Assembly: GCA_963976765.1 (NCBI GenBank)
Contig: CAXBME010000001.1
Span: forward strand, 310,001-374,000
Reading direction: 5' to 3'
DNA from: an uncultured Planctomycetaceae bacterium
Lineage (GTDB): Bacteria > Planctomycetota > Planctomycetia > Planctomycetales > Planctomycetaceae
DNA length: 64,000 bases
The notes beneath the pieces are model-generated. The model was not told the origin of the DNA and searched no databases. It saw only the letters and a list, made by a program, of their open reading frames with translations. Shown here in pieces: positions 29,638 through 40,641 of this stretch (position 1 is its first letter; each line of letters begins with the position of its first letter). The translations under genes and the position numbers were made by a program.

Positions 29638-30947
29638 CCTCAGCCATCGCTCTGCCCCTCTGTGCCGCGTTACTGGCTTTATTGTTTTACGCATCGATCG
29701 CGTGCTACAGCCTGCGAGGCTTCTCGCGAGCAGAACTCGACGAACTCTGCAAAGAACGCGGCAAGGAAAACCGGTTCCTTGACATTCTTAAAAACTGGGA
29801 AGCAGCACTGGTGGCCTGCGAGACGATTCTGGCAATCGCCTCGCTCGTTTTCGTTTCTATCGTTGTCCTTCATTGGAATCTGTTACTCCAGACGGGGGCT
29901 CAGCCCGCGTCGATAGGCGAGTGGTTCGACTACGTCATGCGTTGGGGCGTTCTGCTGGCATCACTCATCGCATTTGGAATTGTCTTCCCCAGATCCGTCG
30001 CGCAGGTCGCGGGCGAAAGTTTTCTGTACCGAGGGTGGCCTCTGATTCAGTCGGCAGTCACCGTCCTTGGGCCGATCATTCGGCTCGCCACGCAGATCGA
30101 CACAATCTTTCACCGGTTGTACGGCGTTGATCAAACGGACCCGAACGACCCGGAATCTCTGACCGACGAGATCAGATCAGTTGTCGACGCCGGGGAAAGA
30201 ATGGGCGCAATCAATGCCAGCACGGGTTCGATGATCGATCAGGTGATGGACCTGCAGGACGCCGTCGTGGCGTCAGTCATGACTCCGCGAACGGAAATGC
30301 GGTTCATTCGTGCCGACATGACCATCGCCGAATCCCGAGCCGAAATTCTCGATTCCAGACACACAAGAATTCCAGTGATTGGCGATTCGACCGACGACAT
30401 AAAAGGAATTCTTTACGCCAAAGATCTTCTCCAGTACGTCGACTGTCCGCCGGACGAGGTTCCATCCATTTCTGAAATATGCCGGGAAGCGATGTACGTT
30501 CCGGAAACGACAGCCGTTGACCGCCTGCTCGAAACCATGAACCGCAAACGCGTCCACATGGCGATCGTTCTGGACGAGTATGGCGGAGTCGCTGGCCTGG
30601 TCACGATGGAAGATCTGCTGGAGGAAATCGTCGGCGAGATCGTCGACGAAGATGACGACGAAGAAGTCGACCCCGTCCAGCGGCTCTCACCCACGATCAA
30701 TGAAGTCGATGGTCGAGTCCATATCGACGACCTGATCGAAGAATTCAACTACGACCTGCCGGATGATCAGGACTTTGACACGATTGGCGGGTTTGTGTTC
30801 TCGCAGCTGGGGCGGATTCCAGCTGTTTCAGAAACATTCGAATATGGCACGCTCCGATTCACGATCCTGGAAGCTGACCCTCGGCGAATCCTGAAACTTC
30901 GAATCGAATGCGACGACTCGCTTAACCCCGTTGGTCGTGACGAGTAA
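29634..30947 (+). CDS. HlyC/CorC (CNNM-CBS-CorC) family transporter
   Basis: N-terminal TMs, [39 protein letters not shown] and DFDTIGGFV. Confidence 0.93.
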   Translation: MTSAIALPLCAALLALLFYASIACYSLRGFSRAELDELCKERGKENRFLDILKNWEAALVACETILAIASLVFVSIVVLHWNLLLQTGAQPASIGEWFDYVMRWGVLLASLIAFGIVFPRSVAQVAGESFLYRGWPLIQSAVTVLGPIIRLATQIDTIFHRLYGVDQTDPNDPESLTDEIRSVVDAGERMGAINASTGSMIDQVMDLQDAVVASVMTPRTEMRFIRADMTIAESRAEILDSRHTRIPVIGDSTDDIKGILYAKDLLQYVDCPPDEVPSISEICREAMYVPETTAVDRLLETMNRKRVHMAIVLDEYGGVAGLVTMEDLLEEIVGEIVDEDDDEEVDPVQRLSPTINEVDGRVHIDDLIEEFNYDLPDDQDFDTIGGFVFSQLGRIPAVSETFEYGTLRFTILEADPRRILKLRIECDDSLNPVGRDE

Positions 30948-30976
30948 TCGATCCCGGTCTGAGTTCCGGGTCGCCG

Positions 30977-32956
30977 CTACTTTTTTGCAGGAAGCTGCCA
31001 GTTCGAATCGAACAGGTCAGCCCAGACCGTAGTCGCTTTGGTGGGATCATTAACGCTGTCCGGAAATTTCTGCACGGCAATGTCTCCAAGTTTCGGAAAC
31101 AGCCACGAATTCGATGCGAGAAAATCTTTCTGGTGCATCGTGTGGCCCGAATTGATCACGACGTAGCGGCGAGAATTCAGCGGGTTCGGGTAAATCATCG
31201 ACAGAAAATGCGTCTTTGAATCGTACGTTTCCCCGTTGACTTCAAAGCCGTTTTTCGTCCAGCGTACCGGAAGTTTCTCGATCACTCGCGCCATGACGGC
31301 GTTCGATCCGGGATCGCCAAAGAGAACCAGGTTTGAACTGGCGATGTGGTCGTCAGTGAGCTGGTCGTCCGCAATGACCCGCACTCGACCACGCAGCCAT
31401 TTATCGAACTCCTTCTCAAACAGCTGCAAAGTCGCTTCAGCTCGTGCCTGAGTTTCCTGCGACCACGCATCGCCAGTCCCGCGGACACAAACAAACGATT
31501 CCATGAAGGCATCATCGATTGGTCCTTGAAGATTGTGGCGTTTGGACAGCCTGGGATTCTCAACAAATGCCAGCGAGTCGTCGTACCCGAGCAGGTTCCA
31601 TCCATCGCTGGACTGCTGATAGTAAACGTCCGGCAGTAGTCCATCAGCAGCAGACCTCAGTGGAAAAGGCTTTCCGTCAAGTTCAACCTCGTCTGCGATT
31701 CCGCGTGCGATTCTCAGTGCCGAAATATTTTTCGTTGTCAGACGCAGAACCCCGTCGTCGTCCACGCCACCTTCCGCGAGGGTTTCTTCGTACGGCTTGA
31801 TCATCTCCTCGATTGTCAGCCATTCGCACTGGTTGTACTTGAGCGTCCATGTCACGAAACGAATTTCTTTGCGACCGGGGAATTGAGGTCGACCTTCTTT
31901 CGACTTTGCGGTGTGAAACTCCATGAATTCCTTGTAGCTGTCGGGATGAAACTTGTGCCCCATGCCCGGACCGATCAGCAGCTTTGCATCGACGCCGAGT
32001 TCCTCGCCACGCTCCATCATCGTCGTGCTGGCCGCAAGTTGAGCGTCCAGTTCGCCGCCGTAAGTACAGAACGGAACATTGAACATGTTCAAGGCGTAGT
32101 CGATTGAATCGTAAATATGCAGACCTCGATGCTGGTGAGTCGGCAACTGTTCCGCCTGGTTCTGATATTTGTAGAAGTCGACGAAGCCCGCTCCTGGACC
32201 AACCGACGACCACTTTGACGGATGATGCAGGCCCAGGTGCCACGCTCCCGCCCCGCCCATGGAGAAGCCCCACAACGTGATCCGTTTCGAGTCGATCCGG
32301 TATCGACGGCTGACATCGGCGATCGCTTCGAAGACGTCGGTTTCACCGCTCCACCGGTAGGCATTGTCTGTGCGGCCGAAAACGTCGAGCTGAATCCAGT
32401 CCTGCCCGTCCTGTGGCTTCCTATCCTGATGCTCGTTGAAGAAGCGAACCTCGTTGCGAGTGCCACCTCGACCATGCAGTTTGACATGCAACGGAAATCG
32501 AAAACCGGACTTTGCATCACCAGACTCTGCCGGCAGTGACAGAGCGTACGGCTGAGTTGAGCCATCAACGCTTGAAACGTAGCCGCGAATCGTCGAGCCG
32601 ACGGTCTTAGACCACGGAGCCTGGCCAGCTTTTAACTCTCCAGCTCGTTTCATCCCGGTGGCGATGGCCGTTTCACAGTATTTTACCCAGGCCGACGGAG
32701 CATCGGATTTCTTCTTGTTTGAGTAGAACTCGTCGTGACGCAGGCACCAGTCAACGCCTTTCGCGAAAACTTCAACATCGGCGATGTCACGCGGCTTAGC
32801 CTTCGAAGCTTTCAGGCTGGCGATCTCAGCGTTAAGCCGACTGAGTGCCTCACGCAATTCTTTTGCCGCGTCTACCGGCGGAGCCTGAGCAGCAGCGAAC
32901 TCCGTTTTCGCCATAAAGACCGTCAGCGCCATGATTGTGAGAATCAGATTTCGCAT
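30977..32956 (-). CDS. Secreted alpha/beta-hydrolase (prolyl oligopeptidase / esterase-like)
   Basis: Signal peptide, SSVDGSTQPY, LHGRG, nucleophile motif GFSMGG and GMGHK. Confidence 0.85.
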   Translation of the reverse strand: MRNLILTIMALTVFMAKTEFAAAQAPPVDAAKELREALSRLNAEIASLKASKAKPRDIADVEVFAKGVDWCLRHDEFYSNKKKSDAPSAWVKYCETAIATGMKRAGELKAGQAPWSKTVGSTIRGYVSSVDGSTQPYALSLPAESGDAKSGFRFPLHVKLHGRGGTRNEVRFFNEHQDRKPQDGQDWIQLDVFGRTDNAYRWSGETDVFEAIADVSRRYRIDSKRITLWGFSMGGAGAWHLGLHHPSKWSSVGPGAGFVDFYKYQNQAEQLPTHQHRGLHIYDSIDYALNMFNVPFCTYGGELDAQLAASTTMMERGEELGVDAKLLIGPGMGHKFHPDSYKEFMEFHTAKSKEGRPQFPGRKEIRFVTWTLKYNQCEWLTIEEMIKPYEETLAEGGVDDDGVLRLTTKNISALRIARGIADEVELDGKPFPLRSAADGLLPDVYYQQSSDGWNLLGYDDSLAFVENPRLSKRHNLQGPIDDAFMESFVCVRGTGDAWSQETQARAEATLQLFEKEFDKWLRGRVRVIADDQLTDDHIASSNLVLFGDPGSNAVMARVIEKLPVRWTKNGFEVNGETYDSKTHFLSMIYPNPLNSRRYVVINSGHTMHQKDFLASNSWLFPKLGDIAVQKFPDSVNDPTKATTVWADLFDSNWQLPAKK

Positions 32957-33631
32957 AGTTTACTAAGCCTGTGGAAGAGCTTTGCCGGACAATGCCGTTT
33001 ACAGAAACAGGCATCACGATGGACTCAGATCGTGGCAGATTCTGCGTCAGCTGTCAGCTGAGCGGAGTTTTCTCAGGTCGTGGTTCTCTGGCACCAAACT
33101 CGCTGAGTGTTCGCGATGATAAGCCGTCGTAACAGCTGACCCGGATTGAGGGTGCTTTCAGAGATGAGGTCGATCGAAATTCACCGTCAAGTGCTCAGCA
33201 TTCTGAACAGTCGCAAGCTTCAGGTGTCAGCAAAAGCTGACAGCGGCCGTACGTCTTTGCTCCCAATCGCCGAAATCGATGTCACGTCATGCTCAATTGA
33301 CACGTCATCGCTCAAGTCTTGAAGGCGGACAACCCGTACGTTCTGCCCCACACACGGCATCATGCATGATTCACGCTCGGCATCGGGCCGGAAGGTTTCA
33401 GACCGGCATACACATTGCGGGAGTTGCGTTCGGCGGATTTCTTCCGTCGCGTTGCATTGTTGCCACATCAAACGATGCGACTCCGCAACCCGGCTTATGC
33501 AAAGAGATTCCTCAATGCATTCACAGAGAGCTTCTCATCTGAAACGGCCCTCTGAAACGGCGGCACCGAGATTTCCAACTTCGACTTTCCTTGCAGGTTG
33601 ATCTCACATCCTCTCACAGAAAACTTCCGTC

Positions 33632-36600
33632 ATGTCCGAATCAAATCGCTCAGGCCGAGCTCTGGTTCTTACTCTGCTGGTTCTTGCCATCGTCGGAGTG
33701 ATCGGCTGGCACTTCCTCTCGAAACCAGTCGACCCGCTGACCGAACTTAAGCAACGAATCGACCAGACGATCCTTGCGGGAAATCCGCAGGGAGCCATTG
33801 TCATGCTTCGCCAGCTGTCAGAAATTCAGCCCGACAGCTACGCGGTGCACAAGGTGATTGCTGACACTTCGCGCGACATCGCCCGGCAATCGAACCCGAA
33901 CTCCGGCGACACTCCCGAGGGGGTCAAGCATCTCATCGAAGCGTCGCGAATCAGGCCCGACAACATCGAGGTTCTGCGGCGGCTCCACACCGCATTTCTG
34001 CTGAAAGGCCAGGAAAGAAACGCCGGTGAAGCAGCCATGCGTCTGGTCAAACTCGGAAACACTGATACCGACATGATCGCGCAGGCTGTGCGTCACGCCA
34101 TCGAAATTGGCGACCAGGATTTCATCGCTTCTCAGGCGGGCGAAGTTGTCGGTGATTCTTTGCAGGCGGACATTTTGAATCTGGCAGTTAAAATCGAAAA
34201 GGAAGGTGAGCAGGCAGAAGACGAGACCTTCTGGGAAGCAGATCGAATCGTTACCCGCATGCTGCAGACGGCAAGCATCCGCCTGCAGGCACTTGATAAG
34301 TTCTACTTCCGCTACGTGGGAATCATCTTTGAAACCACAGTCCGACATGCGCACTCCGGAGCCGAAGCGGACCGACGATTGCTCCAGGCATTTTCAGTGA
34401 TCTCGCGGCTGGCCATCAGTGACGCCGGTCGAGCAAATCGAATCGAAGTTGTGGAGATGGCTGCACGGCCAGTTTCGGCAGCACTGCGATCGCGAGTTCG
34501 CGAAGGGCTGGATCAAACAGCTGCCAGCTCGGAACGTTCGGATTTGACTGCACGGCGAAAAGCGCTGCAACAGTTTGTGGACCTTGCCGAGCCGATCTTC
34601 AAAATGGGTACGGCTTCGCCATTTGTTTACGAGCAGCTTTCGCGTGTCGCGCTGGAACTCGAAAACGACAAGCTGGCGATTCAGATGCTGAAACGCGGCT
34701 TTCAGCTTCACTCCAGGATGGATCCACAACGACAGAACGAGCTGATGTCAGTGCATGCTCAGTCAGCCATGCGTCTGATCGGTCGCGGTCAGTTTGAGCC
34801 GCTGCGTGACGACATCGAAGCATTGCGACGCCAGGAGCACACGGCACACCTCGGCGAATTAATGAGCGGTCTGCTCGCCTTCCAACAGGGCCGTTTTGAC
34901 GATGCTCATGCCAGTCTGGACGCGATCCCTCGCGACTCGCCACATGCCGTGGCAGCCTCCGGGCTGCTTGTCCGCATTCTGCTTCTTCAGAATCGTTGGG
35001 AAGAGGCACTGAAACTGATTTCGACGGTCGATGAACTTTGGCCGACGTTACCCGAGGTCACTCGGCACTGGCTGGCCGAGGCCGCTGGCAGCCGTGACCG
35101 GCTGAAGCTGCTCAAAGTTTGCTGCATGCTTCGCCTCGGTCAGGTTCAACCCGCGATCGAGGTCTTGTCGTATCTGGATACGAGTTCTCTGCGCGCGAAG
35201 TCCCGCCTGATTCGATTGATCGAGCTGATGCGGTCTGGCAATTCAAAACGCAGCTGGGAAGTCTTACGCGAAGCCCGCAAGGACGATCCGCACGACTTCG
35301 ACCTGCTGCTTGGTGAATTCGGAATGCTGCTCCGCGATGGCGCCTCCGACGGTGCCGCGCGAGCACTGGCCTCGTTCGTTCAGCAGCATCCCGATCAGGC
35401 ACACGCCGGCCTGGCGTACGTTGAGTGGTTGCGAAGTCAGGAGGAAACAACAGCAGCTTTGACCGCGATGAAAAACGTTCGCACGACCGCTCCTGAAAAA
35501 CTTATTGTGTGGCTGCTGTCGGCGGACCTGCTGATGACGGAGCGGCGCGCGGCTGAGATTGGTCAGCTTGTTGCGGAAATGCAGCACTACGAAACCGCCG
35601 TCACACACATCCCCGTCGTGCATGCTTACTCGGTCTTGCGAAGCGAGGGGCTGGACGATGCGGCATCAGCGATGCTGGAATCGAGTTTCGAAGCGCACCA
35701 CAGCAATGGTTACACGACCCCGGAAGCAATGGTTTCACTGGCTAAAGGGAACGGCGATATTGCGTACAAACAGTTTGCTTCGGCATTCAACGTTTCCTCA
35801 ATCGCGGCTCGAGACCGCGAACGACTGCTCGATCAGATCGGCGAAGCTTTTGCCAACATCGATCCAGCGGCAATCTCGACACACATCGATCGAATTCTCG
35901 TCGACTTTCCAGCCGAGCCGGCCCTGTTGATTGCGTCGGTTGAACTCGATCTTCGTAAAGGTGCTTATGAATCGGCGACGGAGAAAATCGACCAGTTGCA
36001 GGCTGTCGATTCGGTTCCAGGGAGAGCCGGCTTTCTGCGAGCACGTCTGCTGACAGCTTCCGGTCTGCCGAACCGGGCTCTGGAAGAACTCGAAGAAGTT
36101 TTCAAGGAAGCTCCGCGACACGGACGAGCCCATCTACTTGCTGCACGACTCGAATATGGCAATCGAGAATACGCACGAGCTTTGATCGAACTGCGACAGG
36201 TGCCGTATCCACTTTCAGACACCGAAGAAGCGTCACTGCTGATGGGGCGAACACTTTCTCACCTGAACCGGGCGGAAGAAGCTGCCATCTCGCTGACCGA
36301 ACGAGTGCAGCGTGATCCGCAACGAGTCGAGCCGTGGCTTGCCTTGTCTCAGGCGTACGCCAGCCAGAACCAGCCGAACAACGCAAAAGCGGTACTCGAA
36401 CAGGCTCTCCTGTTTCATGGTAATGATCAGCGTGTGCAGGACAGGTTGCTGGCCATACACCTCGAACAGAACGACATCACGACTGCGGACACTCTGTCTC
36501 AGAAATTTGGAGGCCCCTCGCCAGACCTGCCGACCAGCATGCGGTTTGCGAAGCTCTTCCTGGAAAGCGGCGAGCCGGAAATCGCTTACAGGTGGATCAG

Positions 36601-37141
36601 CCGCGCCCATATGGTTCCGAACGCCGAGTCCAGCAATGAACTCGTTTTTCTCGACGCGATGCTGCTCCATGAGCGCGGCATCAAAAATGGGCGTTGGGAA
36701 ATGCTTCAGGCTGCGCGACGCCGGTACGAAACGCTGCTCCAACGACAGCCCGGCCACATCGCTGCGCTCAATGGTCTGGCACGGCTTCTGATGCGAGACC
36801 TGCGGACGGCTGCGGAGGGCGTGGCCGTCGTGGAGCAGATCAGAACGGCCATGCCACTGGATCGTTTGAATCCCGAAGTTCAGGCAACCGTTTCGGAAGC
36901 TTATCGCCGAGCTGGTCGGCCGACTGAAGCACTGACCGTCATCAAGCGAAGCATTAACCAGAACCCGGACGCCGCCGTGCTGCGTCTTGAGTTCGCCGCC
37001 GCACTGCTTGAAAGTTTCCCGGAAGACCCAGTGAAGGCCCGGCAGGCCAAAGACGAGCTTCAGCGTGCCGCCGAACTCCGCTTGCCCGCAAGTCGCCTCA
37101 CTGAATTCAACAACCTGTCGGCGAAGCTTGAAAACTCGTAA
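33632..37141 (+). CDS. Large TPR-repeat protein with N-terminal membrane anchor
   Basis: ALVLTLLVLAIVGVIGW anchor; repeated TPR-like helix pairs ending in P (e.g. ERVQRDPQRVEPWLALSQAY, LLQRQPGHIAALNGLARL). Confidence 0.85.
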   Translation: MSESNRSGRALVLTLLVLAIVGVIGWHFLSKPVDPLTELKQRIDQTILAGNPQGAIVMLRQLSEIQPDSYAVHKVIADTSRDIARQSNPNSGDTPEGVKHLIEASRIRPDNIEVLRRLHTAFLLKGQERNAGEAAMRLVKLGNTDTDMIAQAVRHAIEIGDQDFIASQAGEVVGDSLQADILNLAVKIEKEGEQAEDETFWEADRIVTRMLQTASIRLQALDKFYFRYVGIIFETTVRHAHSGAEADRRLLQAFSVISRLAISDAGRANRIEVVEMAARPVSAALRSRVREGLDQTAASSERSDLTARRKALQQFVDLAEPIFKMGTASPFVYEQLSRVALELENDKLAIQMLKRGFQLHSRMDPQRQNELMSVHAQSAMRLIGRGQFEPLRDDIEALRRQEHTAHLGELMSGLLAFQQGRFDDAHASLDAIPRDSPHAVAASGLLVRILLLQNRWEEALKLISTVDELWPTLPEVTRHWLAEAAGSRDRLKLLKVCCMLRLGQVQPAIEVLSYLDTSSLRAKSRLIRLIELMRSGNSKRSWEVLREARKDDPHDFDLLLGEFGMLLRDGASDGAARALASFVQQHPDQAHAGLAYVEWLRSQEETTAALTAMKNVRTTAPEKLIVWLLSADLLMTERRAAEIGQLVAEMQHYETAVTHIPVVHAYSVLRSEGLDDAASAMLESSFEAHHSNGYTTPEAMVSLAKGNGDIAYKQFASAFNVSSIAARDRERLLDQIGEAFANIDPAAISTHIDRILVDFPAEPALLIASVELDLRKGAYESATEKIDQLQAVDSVPGRAGFLRARLLTASGLPNRALEELEEVFKEAPRHGRAHLLAARLEYGNREYARALIELRQVPYPLSDTEEASLLMGRTLSHLNRAEEAAISLTERVQRDPQRVEPWLALSQAYASQNQPNNAKAVLEQALLFHGNDQRVQDRLLAIHLEQNDITTADTLSQKFGGPSPDLPTSMRFAKLFLESGEPEIAYRWISRAHMVPNAESSNELVFLDAMLLHERGIKNGRWEMLQAARRRYETLLQRQPGHIAALNGLARLLMRDLRTAAEGVAVVEQIRTAMPLDRLNPEVQATVSEAYRRAGRPTEALTVIKRSINQNPDAAVLRLEFAAALLESFPEDPVKARQAKDELQRAAELRLPASRLTEFNNLSAKLENS

Positions 37142-37656
37142 TCGAGTGGTCGGTCGCTGAGAGGCTGCAATGTCTTCGATGGGTTCGAAGCAGATGAAGA
37201 CAAGCTGACAGCCGCGACGGAGGCGATGTTTCCGATTTCATCGGCGGCAGCAAATTCTCGTGTTGCAACGGTGGTGACTTCCGGCATCACATTCGGCACA
37301 GCCAGTGCGTCCGACAGTGTCTCTGCAAAGTCAGTCGTGTGGCGCCAGTCATTCCGACCGATTCCAGTCAGGATGCCGGTTCCTCGGACGAGTCCAACCG
37401 TGCAGGCGTTACGGTTGATTCCGCGCACTCTGAGTTTTGTGCTGCTGACAGCACCTCGCGGGACGATAACTCGATCCGAGGTCTTCGTGGCCGCTCAGTA
37501 CCATCGGCACAGGGCGATTTCCACTCCGCGACGGCCTTCCGCTTCCCATCTCAATTCAACTCACGCTGGTCGACTATGGCAGCATCCAGGTCCGAGTGCT
37601 TCGTTGCTCAGGTTTCGCCGGATGTCCAGTCATAACGCCATGTGCGAGGACCCTTC

Positions 37657-39924
37657 ATGACTCAACTTTCCACTCCAACTACAACTCTGCTTCGCATTCC
37701 GTTTAGCGGACTGACAGATTTTCAACCGCAGGCACTTGCGCCAGGCCTGCCGATGCTGGACGTCAACAAGTTGACCTACCAGATTCTGCTCGGCTGGTTC
37801 GGTGATCTCCTGGCTGAGCCGGAACTCGACGATGAGGGCGTCATGTTCCACGCACAGCGAAGCGGTATTCGGCAAACGATTGTCGAACGAGCACTCGCGA
37901 CGTCTGGAGACCTGCACGGCTCCCTCCAGCCTCAATACGAAAAACTCAAGAACGCCCTCTTTGACGTTCGACCAGTCAGTCCCAGCGAACGGCTGATCTT
38001 CAACCGGCTGCAACCACCGATCGGAAATCACGAAGGTTTCCTCTACCGGGTGCTGACCGAAAATGGAGACGAGCAGCTTGTCTGGTGCTGGGGGTTCCAG
38101 CGACGAACACAGTACGGCGACGCGAGGCTCTGCAGTAATGCCGAATGCTCGATGCTGTTTCTGCATGATTCGCTGGCAGACCCGCAGTGCCCACATTGCG
38201 GCACACCGTTCACCGCGGCGATCGAGGATGCCCGTGAGGCCTCTTCAAAGTTCCCAATCCGAAAAGCGTCAGCCGCTGCCGCCATCCTGTTGCTGGCAGG
38301 CGGAGCTTTCTGGTTCAGTTCTGACCAAACGGACTTGTCTGCCGACACAGTCTCCAACTCAGTCGACGTCGACAACTCTGTCCCCCAAACCAACCTCGCT
38401 CCCTACGACGACCTTGCAGCGTCGGAAATGGCCAACACAACCAGGAACAACGAAAACGAGGACATCCTGGAATTCCCGGAAGCCGAACTGGCTGATGCCG
38501 GCACTTCAGTTTCCGCTGGCACCGTAGAACTCTCGACCGAGGTCGCTGAACCGTCATCGACCGAGCCGCCGGAACTGTTCGTTGGATTTAACGATCTTCC
38601 TGAAGTCGACAATCCAGACACCAACGACGACTCAACCCCGGACGTTGCAGAACCGTTATTCCCCGAGCCAACGCTTCCGTCTGTTGTCTCATTGCCAGAC
38701 CTGCCTGACAACTTCGAGCCTTTCGACAGCATCCCCGCGAAACCAGAAGATTCAACGGCATCGACGGTCGAAATCGCCGAGCCGATTACCGAGCCAGAGG
38801 TGTCGCTTCCGATTGTCAAAGCCGACAGTTTCCCACAGGACAAAGCCGGCGAGGCTCCGGGGTTGCCGGACGTACTGCCCGAACCACTGGTGGCTCAATC
38901 CAAACCAGAAGCTCCGACTGAAACTCAGGATCCGACTTCAGAAAATGAAGCAACCCTCACGCAGAACGATTTGCCTCTGACTTCCGACACGGAGCCTGTC
39001 GCAAAACCCGAAATTTCCAAACCGGACCTGCCTGATCCTGAAAATTCGATCGTTCAGGATAAGCTCGTCGAGAAAGTTGAGAAACCAGTCTCGGAGGCTC
39101 CAGCAGAGTCGCTCTCGTGGCACAATGATTACCTTGCCGCTTACGTCGAAGCGTCCCGGGAGAAACGATTTTTACTGATGCTGTTCCGGGAAAACGCTGT
39201 CGGCGGCGAGCCTCTGTCACCAACCGAATCCGTTTTTGATCCGTCACTGCGACCAATGCTCGAACAATTCAGTCGTGTAGAACTGCCGCTGAACGCTGCG
39301 ATGCCGGACATCTCAAAAAGCAATCAGGATGCAGAACAGAATGGCCTGCCAGATCTGCTGTTGAAACATCGGTCGTTCAGGCATCTTGGAATGCGACCGG
39401 GAATCGCTGTCGTGGATCTCACCGACCCGGCGTCCCCCAATCACGCTCGAGTCGTTTCCGCACTGCCTTTGCCGGAAAGTGGCCAGTTCAACAACGCTGA
39501 CCTCATGCTCGCCTTAAATCTTCCGCAGGGGGCTATCAGTCAGCGCACGCTTCTGTTTGCAATTCGCAGCACCGTTCCTGATTCCAGTCTTTCGATGCGG
39601 GACTTCTCGCAGACGTTGATCGAACTGGCACATCGGAACTCGCGATTCATGGCGAACGCTGGCCAGGTCGGCAGTTTTGATCTGGAAAATCGTGCGCAGC
39701 AGGTCGAGAAAGAATTCGGATCGCAGGCCGACCTGAGGGAACTTGTCTTCGCCACCGAGACCGAAACCACAATCCACGATGCCGCTCTACAGGCAGTCAC
39801 CAGCTGGATCAGCAACTCTGAATCGTTCGACATCCTCGATTCACCGGCGAAGGCGATGGGCATGGAGATGTTCCAGAACTCTGAATCCGGGCGCTGGTAC
39901 GTGACCTGCTTCGTCGTCCGTTGA
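37657..39924 (+). CDS. Mosaic membrane protein: SrfA-like N-terminus, Zn ribbon, TM, Pro/Glu linker, thioredoxin-like and CAP-like C-terminus
   Basis: RBS gagga; LLAEP...LVWCWGF; CSNAEC...CPHCG; AAAAILLLAGGAFWF; acidic Pro-rich linker; WHNDYLAAYVEA..KRFLLMLF; ends GRWYVTCFVVR. Domain calls are tentative. Confidence 0.7.
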   Translation: MTQLSTPTTTLLRIPFSGLTDFQPQALAPGLPMLDVNKLTYQILLGWFGDLLAEPELDDEGVMFHAQRSGIRQTIVERALATSGDLHGSLQPQYEKLKNALFDVRPVSPSERLIFNRLQPPIGNHEGFLYRVLTENGDEQLVWCWGFQRRTQYGDARLCSNAECSMLFLHDSLADPQCPHCGTPFTAAIEDAREASSKFPIRKASAAAAILLLAGGAFWFSSDQTDLSADTVSNSVDVDNSVPQTNLAPYDDLAASEMANTTRNNENEDILEFPEAELADAGTSVSAGTVELSTEVAEPSSTEPPELFVGFNDLPEVDNPDTNDDSTPDVAEPLFPEPTLPSVVSLPDLPDNFEPFDSIPAKPEDSTASTVEIAEPITEPEVSLPIVKADSFPQDKAGEAPGLPDVLPEPLVAQSKPEAPTETQDPTSENEATLTQNDLPLTSDTEPVAKPEISKPDLPDPENSIVQDKLVEKVEKPVSEAPAESLSWHNDYLAAYVEASREKRFLLMLFRENAVGGEPLSPTESVFDPSLRPMLEQFSRVELPLNAAMPDISKSNQDAEQNGLPDLLLKHRSFRHLGMRPGIAVVDLTDPASPNHARVVSALPLPESGQFNNADLMLALNLPQGAISQRTLLFAIRSTVPDSSLSMRDFSQTLIELAHRNSRFMANAGQVGSFDLENRAQQVEKEFGSQADLRELVFATETETTIHDAALQAVTSWISNSESFDILDSPAKAMGMEMFQNSESGRWYVTCFVVR

Positions 39925-40079
39925 CTCCTGCCTGGCAGATCGACCACCGGAAGCCGCTCGTGACTGACGTCGCGGGCGGCTTTTCGTTCGCGCGGCTTTG
40001 CGTCAGACTGCTCTCCCTGAAGCGTGATTATTGACATTTGTAGTCACGTTCAGTCCGCAAGCCCCGAGGATCTGCTTCG

Positions 40080-40586
40080 ATGTCAGAAGAAGAAATATCG
40101 CAACGCGAAAAACGTCTCACGATGTCTGTCCTGATGACGCCGGACAAGGCGAACTTTTCAGGCAACGTGCACGGCGGCGAAATGCTGAAAATGCTGGACG
40201 AGGTGGCGTACGCTTGCGCGTCCCGATACTGCGGTAACTATGTCGTCACCCTGAGTGTTGATCAGGTTGTCTTCAAGCAACCCGTTCGGATCGGCGAGCT
40301 GGTTACATTTCTGGCAACGGTCAATTTCACCGGTCGAACGTCACTGGAAGTTGGCGTAAAAGTCGTCGCCGAAAATATCCGGAAACGAAGTTGTCGACAT
40401 ACCAACTCGTGCTATTTCACGATGGTCGCGATCGACGACAACGGCAAACCGGTCCCCGTCGCCCCGCTCGTGCTGGACAGTCCAGAGGACCGTCGTCGTC
40501 ACGCAGGAGCCAAACGCCGCCGCGAGTTTCGTCGAGAAATCCAGCAGCGGAACGAGCAGATCCGGGAAGGCCGCGACGGTTGTTGA
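40080..40586 (+). CDS. Acyl-CoA thioesterase (hotdog fold, YciA-like)
   Basis: PDKANFSGNVHGGEMLKMLDEVA, TGRTSLEVGV and YFTMVAID. Confidence 0.95.
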   Translation: MSEEEISQREKRLTMSVLMTPDKANFSGNVHGGEMLKMLDEVAYACASRYCGNYVVTLSVDQVVFKQPVRIGELVTFLATVNFTGRTSLEVGVKVVAENIRKRSCRHTNSCYFTMVAIDDNGKPVPVAPLVLDSPEDRRRHAGAKRRREFRREIQQRNEQIREGRDGC

Positions 40587-40641
40587 ACCGCCTGTTTTCA
40601 ACCTGGAATCTGGAACCCCCCAACAGTTAAAGGCTTTGCCG

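Noticed and set aside
37226..37660. 144-aa and 98-aa ORFs in the gap between the TPR and mosaic genes
   Set aside because: Ser/Arg-rich, no recognisable motif and competing frames; the ATGA overlap alone is weak evidence.
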